From contig CAYFNK010000004.1 of assembly GCA_964344555.1 (NCBI GenBank), positions 494 to 64,493 of the forward strand: DNA of 64,000 nucleotides, read 5' to 3'. Source of the stretch: Candidatus Woesearchaeota archaeon (lineage in GTDB: Archaea; Nanobdellota; Nanobdellia; SCGC-AAA011-G17; PNOQ01). Under the pieces are notes generated by a model that did no database searches, was not told where the DNA came from, and saw only the letters and a list, made by a program, of their open reading frames with translations. The translations under genes were made by a program, and so were the position numbers. Below are positions 62,429 through 64,000 of this stretch, one piece after another (within the stretch, counting starts at the first letter, position 1; each line of letters starts with the position of its first letter).

Positions 62429-62905
62429 TTGTTTATGAAAAATAAAATTGTAGGATATATGGTTATAGGAATTTCTTTAGTCATAGGTTTCATAATTTAT
62501 TCTTTTAATAAAGCATTAAGTAATATTGTTAGTACTACTTGTTCTCATGGTCCAGATTGTGCGATGTGGCAATCTATAGATTTTCAAACTAACACTAGTA
62601 TAATCTTAATGATTGCAGTTATTTGTGTAGGATTTTATTTAGTGTTTTTTACCGAAGATAAGAAGAAATCTGTGAATAAGATAAAATATTCTGAACTATG
62701 CAAAAGATTAAACAAAGATGAGAATATTGTCTTAAATAAAATTGTAGAAGCAAATGGGACAATATTTCAATCAGAGATAGTAGAAAAAACAGGATTCAAC
62801 AAAGTTAAGGTTACTAGACTCTTAGATTCTCTTGAAGGTAAGAGAATTATTACAAGAAGAAGAAGAGGAATGACAAATGTGGTTATTCTGAATAAAGAAT
62901 CTTGA
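62429..62905 (+). CDS. Membrane-anchored winged-HTH regulator with an extracytoplasmic Cys pair
   Basis: Two TM helices flank CSHGPDCAMW. The C-terminal wHTH is IFQSEIVEKTGFNKVKVTRLLDSLEGKRIITRRRRG. Likely start at ATG 62435. Confidence 0.6.
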   Translation: MFMKNKIVGYMVIGISLVIGFIIYSFNKALSNIVSTTCSHGPDCAMWQSIDFQTNTSIILMIAVICVGFYLVFFTEDKKKSVNKIKYSELCKRLNKDENIVLNKIVEANGTIFQSEIVEKTGFNKVKVTRLLDSLEGKRIITRRRRGMTNVVILNKES

Positions 62906-62959
62906 GTGAGACTAGTTTCTTACAACCTATTATAAGGAGTTTCACCCATAAAACTCACT

Positions 62960-64000
62960 ATGAAAGATTTAACTATTCACATTTCAGGTATGACTTGTGG
63001 AAGTTGTGAAAAGATACTTGAAAGTTCTCTAGATGTTACTGGAGTAAGAAGAGTAAAGGCAGATTATGAAAAAAGTGCTCTAAGAATTAAATTTGATGAG
63101 AATAAGATTTCTAAAGAAGAGATATTTAATATAATTACAGAAAATGGATACACTCCTAATGATAAGAAGCCAAAGGGGTCTAAATTATATTTGTCCATTG
63201 CATTAGGACTAGGATTTCTTTTATTTGGAGCTTATTTAATAACTAAAAATACTATTGGATTAGATTTCTTTCCCGATTTAACTCAAAAAACATCTTTATT
63301 ATTATTATTCTTTCTGGGATTATTAACTGGATTTCATTGTATAAGTATGTGTGGTGGTTTTGTAGTTTCTTATGCTGCTAAAGCTAAATCAAAAGTAAGA
63401 GCACATATAGAATATGGGGTTGGAAAAACCGCAGGTTATGCTTTCTTTGGAGGGATGTTTGGTTTATTTGGATCTTTTATAGCATTCACTCCTAAAATAA
63501 GGGGATATGCGGCAATATTTGCAGGATTGTTTCTTATAATTTTTGGACTTAATATGTTAAATCTCTCCCCTTGGTTAAGAAAAATCAGAATAAAACCTCC
63601 AAAGTTCTTGAATAAATATACTGCTAGTGCACATAAATCTAAGAGTCCATTAAAGATTGGATTGTTAAATAGTTTGTTGATTGCATGCGGTCCTTTACAG
63701 GCAATGTATATTTATGCTGCTGCAACAGGAGATTTCTTTCAAGGGGCACTAAGTTTGGCAGTCTTTGGTTTAGGAACATTACCTGTTCTTTTGGGATTTG
63801 GAATGGTAGCTTCTATGATTAGTGCAGGTTCTACTAAAAAAATATTGAAAATCTCTGCAATAGTTGTTATTTTATTAGGTACTGTTATGTTAAATAGAGG
63901 ATTAGCTCTTACTGGAAGTGGTTATGATGTTAATAGTTTAGTTATTGGTGCAAGTGTTGGAAGCAATTATGATGATCTTCCCTCAAATGAAGTTGCAGCA
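62960..64000 (+). CDS. Heavy-metal-associated (HMA) domain fused to a DsbD_2/TauE-like polytopic membrane domain; 3' end cut by the window edge
   Basis: MKDLTIHISGMTCGSCEKILESSL (GMTCxxC), then TM helices with LTGFHCISMCGGF. The frame is open to nt 64000. Not in the ORF track because no stop is reached. Confidence 0.7.
   Translation, partial: MKDLTIHISGMTCGSCEKILESSLDVTGVRRVKADYEKSALRIKFDENKISKEEIFNIITENGYTPNDKKPKGSKLYLSIALGLGFLLFGAYLITKNTIGLDFFPDLTQKTSLLLLFFLGLLTGFHCISMCGGFVVSYAAKAKSKVRAHIEYGVGKTAGYAFFGGMFGLFGSFIAFTPKIRGYAAIFAGLFLIIFGLNMLNLSPWLRKIRIKPPKFLNKYTASAHKSKSPLKIGLLNSLLIACGPLQAMYIYAAATGDFFQGALSLAVFGLGTLPVLLGFGMVASMISAGSTKKILKISAIVVILLGTVMLNRGLALTGSGYDVNSLVIGASVGSNYDDLPSNEVAA

Noticed and set aside
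1-64000. CRISPR arrays, rRNA genes, prophage-like blocks.
   Set aside because: Reading the intergenic regions revealed no short direct repeats with regular spacers. The only GC-rich structured islands are the seven tRNA genes. No capsid, terminase or integrase motifs were recognised.

Overview
This is a strongly AT-rich archaeal chromosome fragment. The backbone is archaeal: split RNA polymerase genes (rpoH, B'', B', A', A'') followed by L30e, NusA, S12, S7, aEF-2, aEF-1alpha and S10. It also carries proteasome beta, aCPSF1, a class I CCA-adding enzyme, a eukaryote-like TrpRS, TrmB, BHB-type tRNA introns, class III (type IV pilin-like) signal peptides, and TATA boxes about 22-30 nt upstream of start codons. 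Compact, overlapping genes, many small hypothetical ORFs and very few metabolic genes suggest a small-genome DPANN-like symbiont; that assignment is inference, not proven. I found no rRNA, no CRISPR array and no inteins.

The most interesting loci are:
1. 6.85-14.2 kb: two huge cysteine-rich lipoproteins that share a 353-bp, about 99% identical N-terminal cassette, bracketed by two pilin-like genes.
2. 15.2-21.3 kb: a translationally coupled six-gene nucleotide/nucleoside/RNA-end enzyme operon (CCA-enzyme-like mini nucleotidyltransferase, HAD, PRTase-like, nucleoside hydrolase, double methyltransferase, DEDDh exonuclease). It has a divergent MobA-like NTP transferase and abuts an IS6-like element.
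3. Seven tRNA genes, six with introns. These include a 59/60 T-loop intron in tRNA-Lys and a two-intron tRNA-Ser.
4. Two LAGLIDADG homing-endonuclease genes, one frameshifted and running antisense into tRNA-Gly.
5. A divergent RelA/SpoT-like protein, a decayed ogg pseudogene coupled to nth, a RelE/AbrB toxin-antitoxin pair, and a thiol-redox/metal membrane cluster at the right edge.

All calls rest on reading the sequence and ORF translations. No database search was run.
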